Below, piece after piece: positions 37,962 through 47,969 of a stretch of 64,000 nt of DNA. The notes under the pieces were generated by a model. The model was given only the letters and a program-made list of their open reading frames with translations, searched no databases and was not told the DNA's origin. This stretch comes from Verrucomicrobiota bacterium (GTDB lineage: Bacteria; Verrucomicrobiota; Verrucomicrobiia; Limisphaerales; SIBE01), in contig VHDE01000006.1 in the NCBI GenBank assembly GCA_016871515.1, forward strand, positions 460 through 64,459. Direction: 5' to 3'. Position 1 is the stretch's first letter. Each line of letters starts with the position of its first letter. The translations under genes were made by a program, and so were the position numbers.

Positions 37962-40499
37962 TCACGGAATCGGTTTGGGCCGCGCATCGGCGGCGATTTT
38001 GCGAAACACTCGATTTCGGCGCTCCGAAGCTCTCAGCAATGTTGGCATGGCCTCTTTTGCGATAACTCCCATATTGACCAATGTCACGGCGGCAACGCGA
38101 CTGGCCTCGGAACCTTCGAATGTTGTCGTAACATTCATTGCCTCCATCAACGTCGGTATCGCTTCTCGGCCTTTAGGGTTGATTCGAGCCAAAGCGCAAG
38201 CCGCTGAAGATCGCACTTCGAAATAGCGGTCGTCCAATTTCTCAATGAGCCACGGATAAGCGCGCCAAGCTTCGGCGCCCATCCGGCCGAGCGCGCCGAT
38301 CGAGTATTGCCGAACATCGCGGTTGGGATCTTGTAGCTTTTCGATCAATGGAGTCGTCGCCGGTTTGGCAGACACGCCAAATTCGCCCAATGCGCAAGCG
38401 GCGGCAGCACGGACACGTGCTTTCCTGTCCTTAAGCATTGAAATAAGTGCGGCAACAATCTCCGCCGAATGTTCCTTCATACGGCCCAGCGCCAATGCCA
38501 TGGCCATCCGGTTGTGAAAGTTGCTGTCATCGTTCCGCAGAGCGGTGAGCAAAGCTGAGCGGACCTCGCGATCGTTGGCGCCAATTCCAGCGAGCGCATC
38601 GACGCCTATGTGCAGGGCGAACGGGATATTAATGTCGGAGGGCCTTGCGCCTGTTTTTGGGTCATTATTTGTCGCTCCCGGCCGTCTAACCGGAGTTCTA
38701 TTGTTGAACAGTTCGGCCAAGGCTTCCATGGCAGGTTTTGAACCTCGGCCAACTCGGCCGAGCGCGGCCCTTGCTTTCAATCGAACAAAGGCGTCCGGGT
38801 CGCTCAGTGAGGAAATCAATGCGGGAATTATCGAAGCGCTCTCCGAGTTCCATTGGCCCAACGCTTCCACTGCACTGCCGCGAACTCTTGAGATTGGGTC
38901 TTTCGTGCATGCAACCAACATTTCAATGGATGACGGATCTTGCAGCGGCAAGCTGCCTAACGCCTTCGCAGCGTAACCACGGACCATTTGCTCGGAGTCA
39001 TTCAACGCCCACTGTAGCGCAGGCACAACTTGCTCTGGCGCAGCACCGATCTTTCCCACACTTTCCGCGGCAAAAGACCGAACATTTACGTCTCGATCTT
39101 GGAGTGTCCGGATCAGCGCGACAATTGAGTCTTTGGCCGCCGGACCAATCCTGCCTAAAGCTTGTGCTGCTTCCTGCCGCACCGAAGCGTCAGAGTCACG
39201 AAGCGCTTGCTCTAACAAAGGAACATTCTCAACCGGCGCTGCTGGACTAAGGCCTCCGAGTGCCACAGTTCCGGCCAAACGAACGGCAACGCGTTCATGG
39301 CGCAGAAGCGCAGCCAGCGAGGGAACAAGGCTCATAGCCTCGGAACGGAAATTCTCCATTCCGTTCGCCACCGCACGTTGCGTGTCTCCATCTTCATCCT
39401 GCAACCCCTCAATCAATTCCGGTATAGCAGCGTTGGCCTCCGACCCCATTCGCGTCAATCCGATCGCCGCCGATTTGCGGACTTCACGGATCTTATCCTT
39501 AAACGCTGTAACGAGCATTGGCACGGCAGCGTGGCCCATATGAACGAGAGCATTGATTACGTCCACGCGATAAAAGGAGTTTGTGACAAGCTCAGCGAAA
39601 ACGGGAATCGGCCCAGCGGCCGGAGAACCGATTTCACCTAGCGCAGCAATCGTCGAAACATGGACAGCTCTCGCTTGGTCTTGCAGGATAGCGATCAACG
39701 CTGGGACAGCCGACGCTGCCTCTGGTCCAAGAATACCGATGCTTCGCGCCGCATTCTGGCGGACCTGCCAGTCCGAGTCATTCAAACTTTCGATCAAGGT
39801 CGCTAGCTCGGAAGATTCAAGAAGACCCGCCTCGGCCAGGTGGTACATTGCTAAACTTCTTACTCTTGGGTGTGGGTGTTTGAGGGCTTGCTTCAAAGTG
39901 GCAATAGCGGGTTGACCAATCCGCGCCAAGGCCTGAAGCGCGGCTAAACAAATCACAGGATCATCAAGAGCCTGGCTCAAAGCAGGAATCGCTTCCCGGG
40001 CGCTGCGGCCAATGTCCAGCAAAGCTCTCGCCGCATTGTGACGCGCCTGTGATTCGTTGTGCTTGAGCAGCGCGATCAAACTGGGAACGATTGGTTTGGC
40101 GGCAGGCCCCATGATCGCAAATGAAGCGAGCGCTTCCTCGTGTCGAACGTCGGCTGTTTTGAGGCGAAGATTGCGGAGTGGAAATGCGGAAGCAAAATGG
40201 ACTAGCCGCTGTCTGAACTTGGAGTCTTTAACTTGCAATTCCGCGATCAGCCATGGTGTGGCAGTCGCGGCCATCTTTCGAATCGCTTCTTCGGCCTCGT
40301 CGCGCTCATCGTCCCGCGCGTTGCGATGGAGTTCATGCCGATCACGCAGCGTTTTGCCACGACAGGTCGGTTCGCCGCGAAGAATCGCAATGGCACACAC
40401 GCCAACTGCGATGGCGATCACAAAGGCGAGCAATCCCGCGGTATACTGTTTGCTGCGTCGTGTCATCGCGAAAAGCCTCGACGTCCTATTGACACGCAT
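37962..40499 (-). CDS. HEAT-repeat protein with N-terminal membrane anchor
   Basis: 845 aa. Contains a TM (LLAFVIAIAVGVCAIAIL). Followed by more than 15 recurring ~31-aa units of the form D..VR..AA.ALG.IG..A..A.P.L...L.D. Confidence 0.8.
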   Translation of the reverse strand: MRVNRTSRLFAMTRRSKQYTAGLLAFVIAIAVGVCAIAILRGEPTCRGKTLRDRHELHRNARDDERDEAEEAIRKMAATATPWLIAELQVKDSKFRQRLVHFASAFPLRNLRLKTADVRHEEALASFAIMGPAAKPIVPSLIALLKHNESQARHNAARALLDIGRSAREAIPALSQALDDPVICLAALQALARIGQPAIATLKQALKHPHPRVRSLAMYHLAEAGLLESSELATLIESLNDSDWQVRQNAARSIGILGPEAASAVPALIAILQDQARAVHVSTIAALGEIGSPAAGPIPVFAELVTNSFYRVDVINALVHMGHAAVPMLVTAFKDKIREVRKSAAIGLTRMGSEANAAIPELIEGLQDEDGDTQRAVANGMENFRSEAMSLVPSLAALLRHERVAVRLAGTVALGGLSPAAPVENVPLLEQALRDSDASVRQEAAQALGRIGPAAKDSIVALIRTLQDRDVNVRSFAAESVGKIGAAPEQVVPALQWALNDSEQMVRGYAAKALGSLPLQDPSSIEMLVACTKDPISRVRGSAVEALGQWNSESASIIPALISSLSDPDAFVRLKARAALGRVGRGSKPAMEALAELFNNRTPVRRPGATNNDPKTGARPSDINIPFALHIGVDALAGIGANDREVRSALLTALRNDDSNFHNRMAMALALGRMKEHSAEIVAALISMLKDRKARVRAAAACALGEFGVSAKPATTPLIEKLQDPNRDVRQYSIGALGRMGAEAWRAYPWLIEKLDDRYFEVRSSAACALARINPKGREAIPTLMEAMNVTTTFEGSEASRVAAVTLVNMGVIAKEAMPTLLRASERRNRVFRKIAADARPKPIP

Positions 40500-40567
40500 C
40501 GGACCTATGAACTAACGGGCGCATAACGGTCCTACCTATGGGACAATCAACTCGAACCCGCCACGTT

Positions 40568-43270
40568 TCATTTTGACGCTTTGATATAAAGAAGCAGCGC
40601 CTCGATTTGCGCGTCCGAAAGAACGCCAGCATAGCTTGGCATCCCGGTGTCACTCTTCTCATACTCTTTGACGACCTTGACGGTCGGATCGAGAATTGAT
40701 TCACGGAAATAAGCTTCGTCTGCAATAACCTTCTTCCCGCCTTTGAGTACTCGCTCGCTCCCGAACAGACCTTTCCACGTCGGACCGACTTTCCCGACAG
40801 TGACGCCATCGGTGGAATGACACGCCAAACACCCCATCAACTCGGCCAGCCGTTTGCCTTCATGAACACTTACCTCGGTCGCCACCGCAACCTGACTGAC
40901 CCGCGGCGTCAAATCGACTGCGAGCGCCTCAAAGCCCTCGGTTGTCGGTTCGAATCGCGTCAATTCGTGGACAGTCAGGTAAGCGTTTTGCTCGAAGCCC
41001 GTGCCACCGCGCATCACCAGCGCCCAGCCGATGCGCATTTGCATCACAGACCGCATGTCAGGAATGCCAACGAAAACATTTTTTCCATCCTTCGAGAGGT
41101 ACGCGCTGCTCGCGGTCATCCATTCTTGTCCGGTGCTGCCGTCCAGTTTGAAGTGCGGCGAACCGTAACTCGCAGTGCGGCGATAGTTCCATCGCTCGAT
41201 TGAATAATTGGCCGGATCAGTCGCCTTCTTTGGATCGAGCGCCACATCGAACCGCAGCAGAATGCCTTTGTCCATGGGTGCTATTTCGCGGGGCGAGGTG
41301 CTAGGCAACGCCGTATGACGCATCCGAACGAGGCCGCTGATCTTTTTCGCAATCGACCCCCAAATCTGGAATCCGGTCACGTACAGTTGGCCGTCGCGAG
41401 GATTTACCGCGCCATTTAGCGGAGCGAATTCAAGGTTCCGCGTCAGACTGATGACAGCCGCTTGCGGTCGTGTGCCTCGACCATTCATTCGCACGAGAAA
41501 CATTTCCGGGCGTGTATAGCCCAAGTGAATCAACGCATCGTTCAACGTTCCCATGCGTGCGTCAGTGAGCCACACTTGGCCGGCGCCTGATGCGTTCACC
41601 GGATGCGGAATCCAAGTGAGCGGATCGGCAATCGATGCCGGATATTTTTCCTTTGGTTGGAACCCCGCGAGAAAACCGTAGTACTGATGGTCTCGAATAA
41701 TGTGCAGCGGCGTCGTCGGCACGTAATGTCCTTGCTGATCGCTCGCTGTAACCACGCCCGTCTTCGGGTGCACGCCGATGAACGGCTGCCGCAATCCCCA
41801 CCCAATGACTTTCGCACTTTTGCCGTCCGGCGAAACCTGCATCACGGTTCCGTTGTGCTGGCCGAGCGTCGAGCCTTGTTGTCCGCCTTTGGCAATGATG
41901 AATGAACCATCTGGCGCGAGCTTCATGCCATTGGCGTATTCACGCGTCTCAGCCGTCTGCGCGAATGCGTTCGAGAACATTTCATGGACATCGGCCTCAT
42001 CGTTGCGGTCATTGTCGCGCAACCGCCAAATACCGTTCCGATCGAAAACAAAAAGCTCGTCGTCGCGAACACACAAACTCAATGGCTCGTGCAGACCGGA
42101 CGTGAACCGTTTCCAGCGCACTTCTGCCAAACCTTCGTGAAGGCCCGTAATGATCCAAACATCGCCATCCATTGTCACCGTCGCGGCACGCCCGTCGCGA
42201 AAGAATGCAATATCCGCAAGCCGCACGTTGCGTCGCCAGGGATTTTGCAGCGGCAACGGAATGTCATCCAAGACGAATGCTTCATGGGCGGTCGCCAATC
42301 TCGCGTTAGCGGTCACAACCTGCGGCCAGCGAGCGTCGGGCGGAACGTCACTGCTGAGTCGAGGCTCATTCTTCCCTGGCATCAACGACACCGTCCCGAC
42401 CGTGACAGCGAACTCGACAGGCTTCGTCGATGGCGCAATGCGATACTTAATCAATCCAGAAGGGTCCTTAACCTCTTCGACAACGGCCTTGTGGGCTGCG
42501 TGATGAACCGAAAGAGCTGTCTGCACGGGAAGTTCTGGGTTCGAAGGCTTGTACCCCAGCATTAACCAAAGAGTTTGCGGAACATTCTCCAAACGAAACC
42601 ATTGTTGGACACTGCGTTCTGCACCCGCGTTCCTCGACTCAACCCATTCGCGGATCGAAGCGCCTCCCGCGGAATATTCCAAGCACACGCCGCGTTGCGT
42701 CAGCCGAATTGCCTGGAATTGGCCCAACGACTCGGGCAACGGACCGCGCCCAATCTCTCTTTGGTCCTGGCCAGGTTGCCGCGGATCGATTTCGACAGCT
42801 TGTTCACCCGTTTGCCAGCCGGGATAAAGGCCGTTGGCAATCCATGGCGTGCCGATGATCTGCGGGAGTTTCTGCTGGCCTTCCGGGACTTTCGCTCCCG
42901 GATCGCGATACGAGCCACTGGCCATCCCAACCATTGTGATTCCTTCGCCGTGCCAGATCGCCGACATGCGAAGGAGATCCGTGTCGAAGCAAGCCCAGCA
43001 ATCGTTGCCTAAATTCAGAATCAATCCGCGCGGTGTCAGATTGTTGGTGGGCCATTGTGGCCCAAGCTTTCGGGCATCCAACACCGAGGAGATGAATGGA
43101 AAGTCCTTTTCCACAAAGTCCGCCCATGGCGATTGCGCAACCGCGCGAGTGCCGGAAAGATGGCCGGATTGGGCCGCTGCCGTGAGGAGGGACGTCGCTA
43201 GTGAGCAACTCAGCAGGCAATGCCGGGGCCAAAAATCGCCCCGGAACAAGCAAGACAACGCACAATACAT
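40568..43270 (-). CDS. large secreted protein with C-terminal c-type cytochrome domain (PVC-type heme-binding dehydrogenase-like)
   Basis: 900 aa. N-terminal signal-like region. CLACHSTDG (CxxCH) about 90 aa from the C-terminus. Confidence 0.75.
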   Translation of the reverse strand: MYCALSCLFRGDFWPRHCLLSCSLATSLLTAAAQSGHLSGTRAVAQSPWADFVEKDFPFISSVLDARKLGPQWPTNNLTPRGLILNLGNDCWACFDTDLLRMSAIWHGEGITMVGMASGSYRDPGAKVPEGQQKLPQIIGTPWIANGLYPGWQTGEQAVEIDPRQPGQDQREIGRGPLPESLGQFQAIRLTQRGVCLEYSAGGASIREWVESRNAGAERSVQQWFRLENVPQTLWLMLGYKPSNPELPVQTALSVHHAAHKAVVEEVKDPSGLIKYRIAPSTKPVEFAVTVGTVSLMPGKNEPRLSSDVPPDARWPQVVTANARLATAHEAFVLDDIPLPLQNPWRRNVRLADIAFFRDGRAATVTMDGDVWIITGLHEGLAEVRWKRFTSGLHEPLSLCVRDDELFVFDRNGIWRLRDNDRNDEADVHEMFSNAFAQTAETREYANGMKLAPDGSFIIAKGGQQGSTLGQHNGTVMQVSPDGKSAKVIGWGLRQPFIGVHPKTGVVTASDQQGHYVPTTPLHIIRDHQYYGFLAGFQPKEKYPASIADPLTWIPHPVNASGAGQVWLTDARMGTLNDALIHLGYTRPEMFLVRMNGRGTRPQAAVISLTRNLEFAPLNGAVNPRDGQLYVTGFQIWGSIAKKISGLVRMRHTALPSTSPREIAPMDKGILLRFDVALDPKKATDPANYSIERWNYRRTASYGSPHFKLDGSTGQEWMTASSAYLSKDGKNVFVGIPDMRSVMQMRIGWALVMRGGTGFEQNAYLTVHELTRFEPTTEGFEALAVDLTPRVSQVAVATEVSVHEGKRLAELMGCLACHSTDGVTVGKVGPTWKGLFGSERVLKGGKKVIADEAYFRESILDPTVKVVKEYEKSDTGMPSYAGVLSDAQIEALLLYIKASK

Positions 43271-43450
43271 AAGTCTTAATCGTAAAGCTGCTCAAAATGT
43301 CGCTAATAGACAACACTTCGAGGTTCACAATGAGCTTCACAGCGTTTAAGTTCTCATCCGGATTCAAACGCTGAGGGCGTGCGGGAACAGGGTTTGGTGA
43401 AGGCGCCTCGAAAGAGCCGCCTTTTTTCATGTCCTTCGCATTTTTCGTGG

Positions 43451-44338
43451 TTAACCGTGCAGGGCATTGAAAGCCGCGCCATACGCCCCTGCGAATTCGC
43501 CGAGTTGGGCCGGCAAAATCTTTGCCTGAGATCCGCCGGGACGCCATTCAATCGGATCTAAAAACCGTTGCAGCGGATCAAACAGCGCCTTCCCAGCTCG
43601 CGCGATGCCGCCTCCGATTACGACGATCTCGGGATCGATGATGTTAATGAACGAACAGATCGCGCAGGCGAGTGCCTTGACCGACTTAAGCCAGACGCAA
43701 GTCGCATCCGTATCCCCGGCCAAGTGCGCCGCAATCAAGTCGTGCGTCGTTGCGAATCGACCGTGCGAACGTTCGCGGATGGTGCAGTTGCCAATCGCAA
43801 CTTCCAACCCGCCGGGAGCGCCGCAAATTGTCGGGGCCCCATTGGGATCAAGGCTGGCATGGCCAAAGTGTCCGCCGCGCCCGATCCGGCCTCGCAACAA
43901 TTTTCCATCGACTAGGGCCGCTCCACCAACGCCGGTTCCAAGCGTCAGCATAACGACGTGTTGGAAGCCTTTCGCCGCGCCGAGCCAAGATTCGCCAAGC
44001 AGGGCGGCATGAGCATCATTTAAGACTGGAACCGGCTGAGGTGTTCGTAGGTGCTCGGTCCAATTCAATCCTTCCAACCCATGAAGCTTTCCGGGCAAGT
44101 AGGCAATGGACCGAGTATCGGCTGCGGCCAAGCCGGGAGCTGAAAGCCCAACACTGGCCGCTGGAGTTCCGCGCTCGCGCTGGAGTTCGTCCAACTGAAG
44201 CCGAATTTTCTTTGCCCATTCCATTGCTTCGTCCTCCGCGAAATCCGTTCGCTTCCGGCTCAGCGTCTCACCGGATGCTGTGACCGCCACGCCTTTGATG
44301 CTCGAACCGCCCAGATCAATGCCGATGGTGTACGTCAT
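43451..44338 (-). CDS. ROK family sugar kinase
   Basis: IGIDLGGSSIKG ATP-binding start. ROK-type GHFGH / cysteine-poor variant. 4-nt ATGA overlap with the upstream SDR gene. Confidence 0.8.
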   Translation of the reverse strand: MTYTIGIDLGGSSIKGVAVTASGETLSRKRTDFAEDEAMEWAKKIRLQLDELQRERGTPAASVGLSAPGLAAADTRSIAYLPGKLHGLEGLNWTEHLRTPQPVPVLNDAHAALLGESWLGAAKGFQHVVMLTLGTGVGGAALVDGKLLRGRIGRGGHFGHASLDPNGAPTICGAPGGLEVAIGNCTIRERSHGRFATTHDLIAAHLAGDTDATCVWLKSVKALACAICSFINIIDPEIVVIGGGIARAGKALFDPLQRFLDPIEWRPGGSQAKILPAQLGEFAGAYGAAFNALHG

Positions 44339-45126
44339 GCGATTTGTCCTTCGCTTACGGACCAGCCGCCATCGACGGCCAGCACTTGGCCAGTGACAAA
44401 CTTTGAATCATCCGAAAGGAAATAGACAGCCGCCGCATCCAAATCTGAAGGTTGCCCTACCCTGCCCCCGTCGAGCGGCTGTTTCGTCGCAACGAATTTC
44501 ACAATCGCGTCGTCGCTGACCGCACGCTGCGCCATGGGCGTTTCGACCAAAGCTGGCGCGAGCACGTTAACGCGGATGTTCTTTTCGGCATAATAAGACG
44601 CTGCCGCTTTGCTCAATCCAATGATGGCAGCCTTCGTGGCGCTGTAGGCGTGCGTGCTGAAGTAACGTGATGAGGGCGAAAAGCCGAGCACCGATCCCAA
44701 ATTGAGGATGCGACCGCCCGTCGATTGCCTTAAGAATTGGCGGATGGCGGCGCGATTGGAATTGAAGAGCGAGGTGAGGTTGAGATTGAGCGTGAATTCC
44801 CAGCCTGTATCGCTGATCTCGTGCAACGGTCCGTCACCCATTCTGCGACCGCTCCCTCCGGCGACATGATACAGCCCATGAAATCCTCCGAAGCGTTTCA
44901 AGGCCTCCTCAATTGCTCGCGGCGCAGTCTCTGGGTCGATCGCGTCGGCCGCGAAGACGTAGGCATTTTGTCCTAATACGATTTGAGCCTCGGCCACAGA
45001 TTGAGCATTGCGTCCAAGCGCAACGACTCGCGCGCCCTCCGCAATGAACGATCTCGATGCCGAGAGACCAATGCCGGTGGTGCCACCTATCACAACAATG
45101 ACGTTATCCTGAAGTTTGGACATCAT
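44335..45126 (-). CDS. SDR family oxidoreductase
   Basis: VIGGTTGIGLS (TGxxxGxG) and catalytic YSATKAA (YxxxK). Confidence 0.85.
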   Translation of the reverse strand: MMSKLQDNVIVVIGGTTGIGLSASRSFIAEGARVVALGRNAQSVAEAQIVLGQNAYVFAADAIDPETAPRAIEEALKRFGGFHGLYHVAGGSGRRMGDGPLHEISDTGWEFTLNLNLTSLFNSNRAAIRQFLRQSTGGRILNLGSVLGFSPSSRYFSTHAYSATKAAIIGLSKAAASYYAEKNIRVNVLAPALVETPMAQRAVSDDAIVKFVATKQPLDGGRVGQPSDLDAAAVYFLSDDSKFVTGQVLAVDGGWSVSEGQIA

Positions 45127-45300
45127 TTAAGAGCAGCTGGGATTCCACTTTGTTCCATGCTCCTGAGGCCGCGCAGAGAAAACTATTGCTGGGTGCAGAC
45201 AAGTGGGAGCGGAATCCCCTGCCTCTCGGCACGGTCTTCGAATGGCCCGGCGTTGAAACGCCGTAATTGCGAAGTGTTCCGCGTGATTCATCGCAAGCCT

Positions 45301-46614
45301 TCACAATCCCAGCCGCTTGAATCGCGCTTTTACTTGTTTGAAGTGAAACTCAAGCGAGCAAAGGTCGTTCAATTCGGCGGCGGAGAGATGTTTCGCCACT
45401 TCCGGGTCGGCGAGCAATTGTGTTTTGAAATCCGCCGCGTTGTCGCCGGCATGCTTCGCTTGCCACGTCTTCATCGCGTTCCGTTGCACCAGGTCATAAG
45501 CTTCCTCGCGCGTCAAACCCTTCTTGATCAGCGCGAGCAAGACTGTCTGCGAATTCCACATGCCCAGCGAGAGACCCAGGTTCCGTTGCATGTTCTCCGG
45601 ATATACAATCAAACCTTCCGTGAGCTTGGTCAGCGTTACCAGCATGTAGTCGAGCAACGTGCATGAGTCCGGGAAAATGATCCGTTCGACCGAGCTGTGA
45701 CTGATGTCGCGTTCATGCCAGAGCGCGACATTTTCGAGGGCGGCAACGGCATTCCCGCGCAAGACCCGCGCCAGACCGGTCAGGCGTTCGCCAGTGATTG
45801 GATTCCGTTTGTGCGGCATCGCGCTGGAACCCTTCTGTCCTTTCGCAAAGAATTCTTCCGCTTCCAAGACTTCGGTGCGCTGCAGGTGACGGAATTCCGT
45901 TGCCCATCGTTCTATGCTCGCCGCCACCAACGCCAATGCCATGATGAACTCGGCGTGCACGTCGCGTTGAATCACTTGCGTGGCAATTGGCGCGGGTTGA
46001 AGTCCCATCCGCTCGCAAACGAACGCTTCCACATCCGGATCCAAATGCGCGCTTGTGCCCACGGCGCCGGAAAGTTTTCCAATCGCTGCGGTCTTCTTGG
46101 CCGTCTCCAATCGTTTCAGGGCTCGGCCAAATTCGTCGTACATCAAAGCCAGCTTCAATCCAAAGGTCGTCGGCTCCGCATGAATTCCATGACTGCGCCC
46201 GATCATTGGAGTGAATTGATATTCCTTGGCCTTCGCTGCGATCACCTTGCGCAAGGCTTCGACGTCTTTAATCAGAATATTGGCCGACTGAACCATCTGC
46301 ACCGCGAACGCCGTGTCGATGATATCGCTGCTGGTTAGGCCAAAATGCAGCCAGCGACTGGCTGGCGCGCCGATGTTCTCGGCCACATTGGTCGTGAAAG
46401 CGATGACGTCGTGGTTCAGTGTGCGTTCGAGCTCCTTGCATCGTTCAATGCTGAATGCTGCTTTCTCCTTCATCTGGCGAAGGTCTTCTTTTGGCACAAT
46501 GCCCCGAGCACAAAGCGCCTCGCTCGCCAACAGTTCGATCTGCAACCAGATTTCGAGCTTCCGTTGCTCCGTCCAAATCTCCCGCATTTCCACGCGCGAA
46601 TATCGCTGAATCAT
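45301..46614 (-). CDS. purB: adenylosuccinate lyase
   Basis: 437 aa. MIQRYSRVEMREIW. Fumarate-lyase signature GSSAMPHKRNP. Confidence 0.95.
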   Translation of the reverse strand: MIQRYSRVEMREIWTEQRKLEIWLQIELLASEALCARGIVPKEDLRQMKEKAAFSIERCKELERTLNHDVIAFTTNVAENIGAPASRWLHFGLTSSDIIDTAFAVQMVQSANILIKDVEALRKVIAAKAKEYQFTPMIGRSHGIHAEPTTFGLKLALMYDEFGRALKRLETAKKTAAIGKLSGAVGTSAHLDPDVEAFVCERMGLQPAPIATQVIQRDVHAEFIMALALVAASIERWATEFRHLQRTEVLEAEEFFAKGQKGSSAMPHKRNPITGERLTGLARVLRGNAVAALENVALWHERDISHSSVERIIFPDSCTLLDYMLVTLTKLTEGLIVYPENMQRNLGLSLGMWNSQTVLLALIKKGLTREEAYDLVQRNAMKTWQAKHAGDNAADFKTQLLADPEVAKHLSAAELNDLCSLEFHFKQVKARFKRLGL

Positions 46615-46694
46615 GCGGTGAATTTACGGAGGGACGATGAAATTGGAAGAAGGAAACGGAAACGTGATGCTTGTTGCGTGAAAAGGCAACCCTG

Positions 46695-46727
46695 AATCAC
46701 CCCTCACGTATCACGCATCACGTTTAC
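46695..46727. repeat. family H 7-nt tandem repeat (tcacg-type)
   Basis: aatcacccctcacgtatcacgcatcacgtttac. The same motif class occurs at 61351-61508. Confidence 0.4.
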
Positions 46728-47653
46728 CGCCTCGCCATCTTAGCCCGAGCCGCTTCTAGAATTCGACGTTCACGGTCGGTCAGGCTTTGAATTCCGTGGG
46801 CGGAGATTTTGTCGAGGATAGGATCGACTTCGCGACTGATGAATTCGCCCGGAGGAAGGTCGCTGCCCGCGGGAGGGCTCTGCGGTTTTTGCCAAAATGA
46901 TCGTTTGCCGCCGCGCGCAGGAACCAGTTCGCGTTTTGGCCGCACATGACGGAAACGCCGCGAATCGAACAGGGTTCTGTCGGCTTGTATAAGAAATCGA
47001 ATGTAGGCGAGGCCAGCGAGCAATCCGCCCAAGTGTGCGGCATGGGCGACATTACTTCTTGGGACCAGCATTCCCATCCCGGCCAAGATGCCCAGGACAA
47101 GGACCAAATACTTCGCCCGCATTGTCACCGGGATGATAAACGCAACGAGCGTCGTGATCGATGTTTCCCAGTTCATCCCGGCGAACGCTGCGATCAACGC
47201 AAAAACTCCAACCGAGGCCCCAACCACCGGCAACATTCCAAAGTGGTTCGGAAAAACCCAACTGCACGCCACCTGCAGCAATCCTCCCAGCGCGCCGCTA
47301 ATCAGATAAAGTTTCAGAAATTCAGTTCGGCCGAGAGCAATCTCCACAGGACGGCCAAAAATATAGAGCATCGCGCCGTTCAGCACGAGATGCAGCACAT
47401 CGCCGTGCAGAAATTGGAAAGTGCCTAATTGCCAAATCCAGCCAACCCAGTATTTGGGATTCAGCGCAAAGAAACTTTCGATTGGACCAAGCTGGCCAAG
47501 GGGCGGGTTAACGATGAGTTGGGTGATCAGTTGCAGCGCGAAAACCGCCGTGTTGATGACGATCAGGATGACGGAAGTGGACCACTGCGTGTGGGATTGC
47601 GAATCCCGCATGTAAAAACGATCTTCGATCATCGCGGACCAAATTAGTGCCAT
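46724..47653 (-). CDS. rhomboid family intramembrane serine protease
   Basis: Multi-TM. Catalytic GASVGVFALIAA (GxSxG) and HLGGLLAG (His). Confidence 0.85.
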   Translation of the reverse strand: MALIWSAMIEDRFYMRDSQSHTQWSTSVILIVINTAVFALQLITQLIVNPPLGQLGPIESFFALNPKYWVGWIWQLGTFQFLHGDVLHLVLNGAMLYIFGRPVEIALGRTEFLKLYLISGALGGLLQVACSWVFPNHFGMLPVVGASVGVFALIAAFAGMNWETSITTLVAFIIPVTMRAKYLVLVLGILAGMGMLVPRSNVAHAAHLGGLLAGLAYIRFLIQADRTLFDSRRFRHVRPKRELVPARGGKRSFWQKPQSPPAGSDLPPGEFISREVDPILDKISAHGIQSLTDRERRILEAARAKMARR

Positions 47654-47689
47654 CGCCGTTAGATTTCAACGGTCATTTCAAGCGAGTTG

Positions 47690-47890
47690 CCCCGGAGGGA
47701 CAGAGTGAGAATAGCCCGGCAGTTCATTGCCGGGTACGGTTCGCAAAATGCGTTAGTCCCAACGGGACGACTGAACCTCATTGCAAGTTACGAACGATTC
47801 AATCGTCCCTTTGGGACTCGGACCCTTGGCGATTGGTTCCCGGCAGTGAACTGCCGCGCTATTTTCAACTTTGTCCCCCCGGGGACGAAT
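47690..47890. repeat. array of short hairpins (family N)
   Basis: cccggca-gttcat-tgccggg (47715-47734). gtccc-aac-gggac (47756-47768). gtccc-ttt-gggac (47805-47817). cggcag-tgaa-ctgccg (47841-47856). gtcccc..ggggac (47873-47886). Confidence 0.5.
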
Positions 47891-47969
47891 ACCCCTTTGA
47901 ATTACCGAATGGCATCACGCTTCAGTCTGCGCTGCGCAAAACACATACGCCGGAGACGCACTGGGGCGT

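Noticed and set aside
40930-40960. ggttcgaatc-like string as a tRNA T-arm, together with a general scan for tRNA or rRNA.
   Set aside because: It lies inside a well-supported CDS and has no cloverleaf context. I saw no other tRNA-like or rRNA-like segments, but I cannot run tRNAscan or Infernal.
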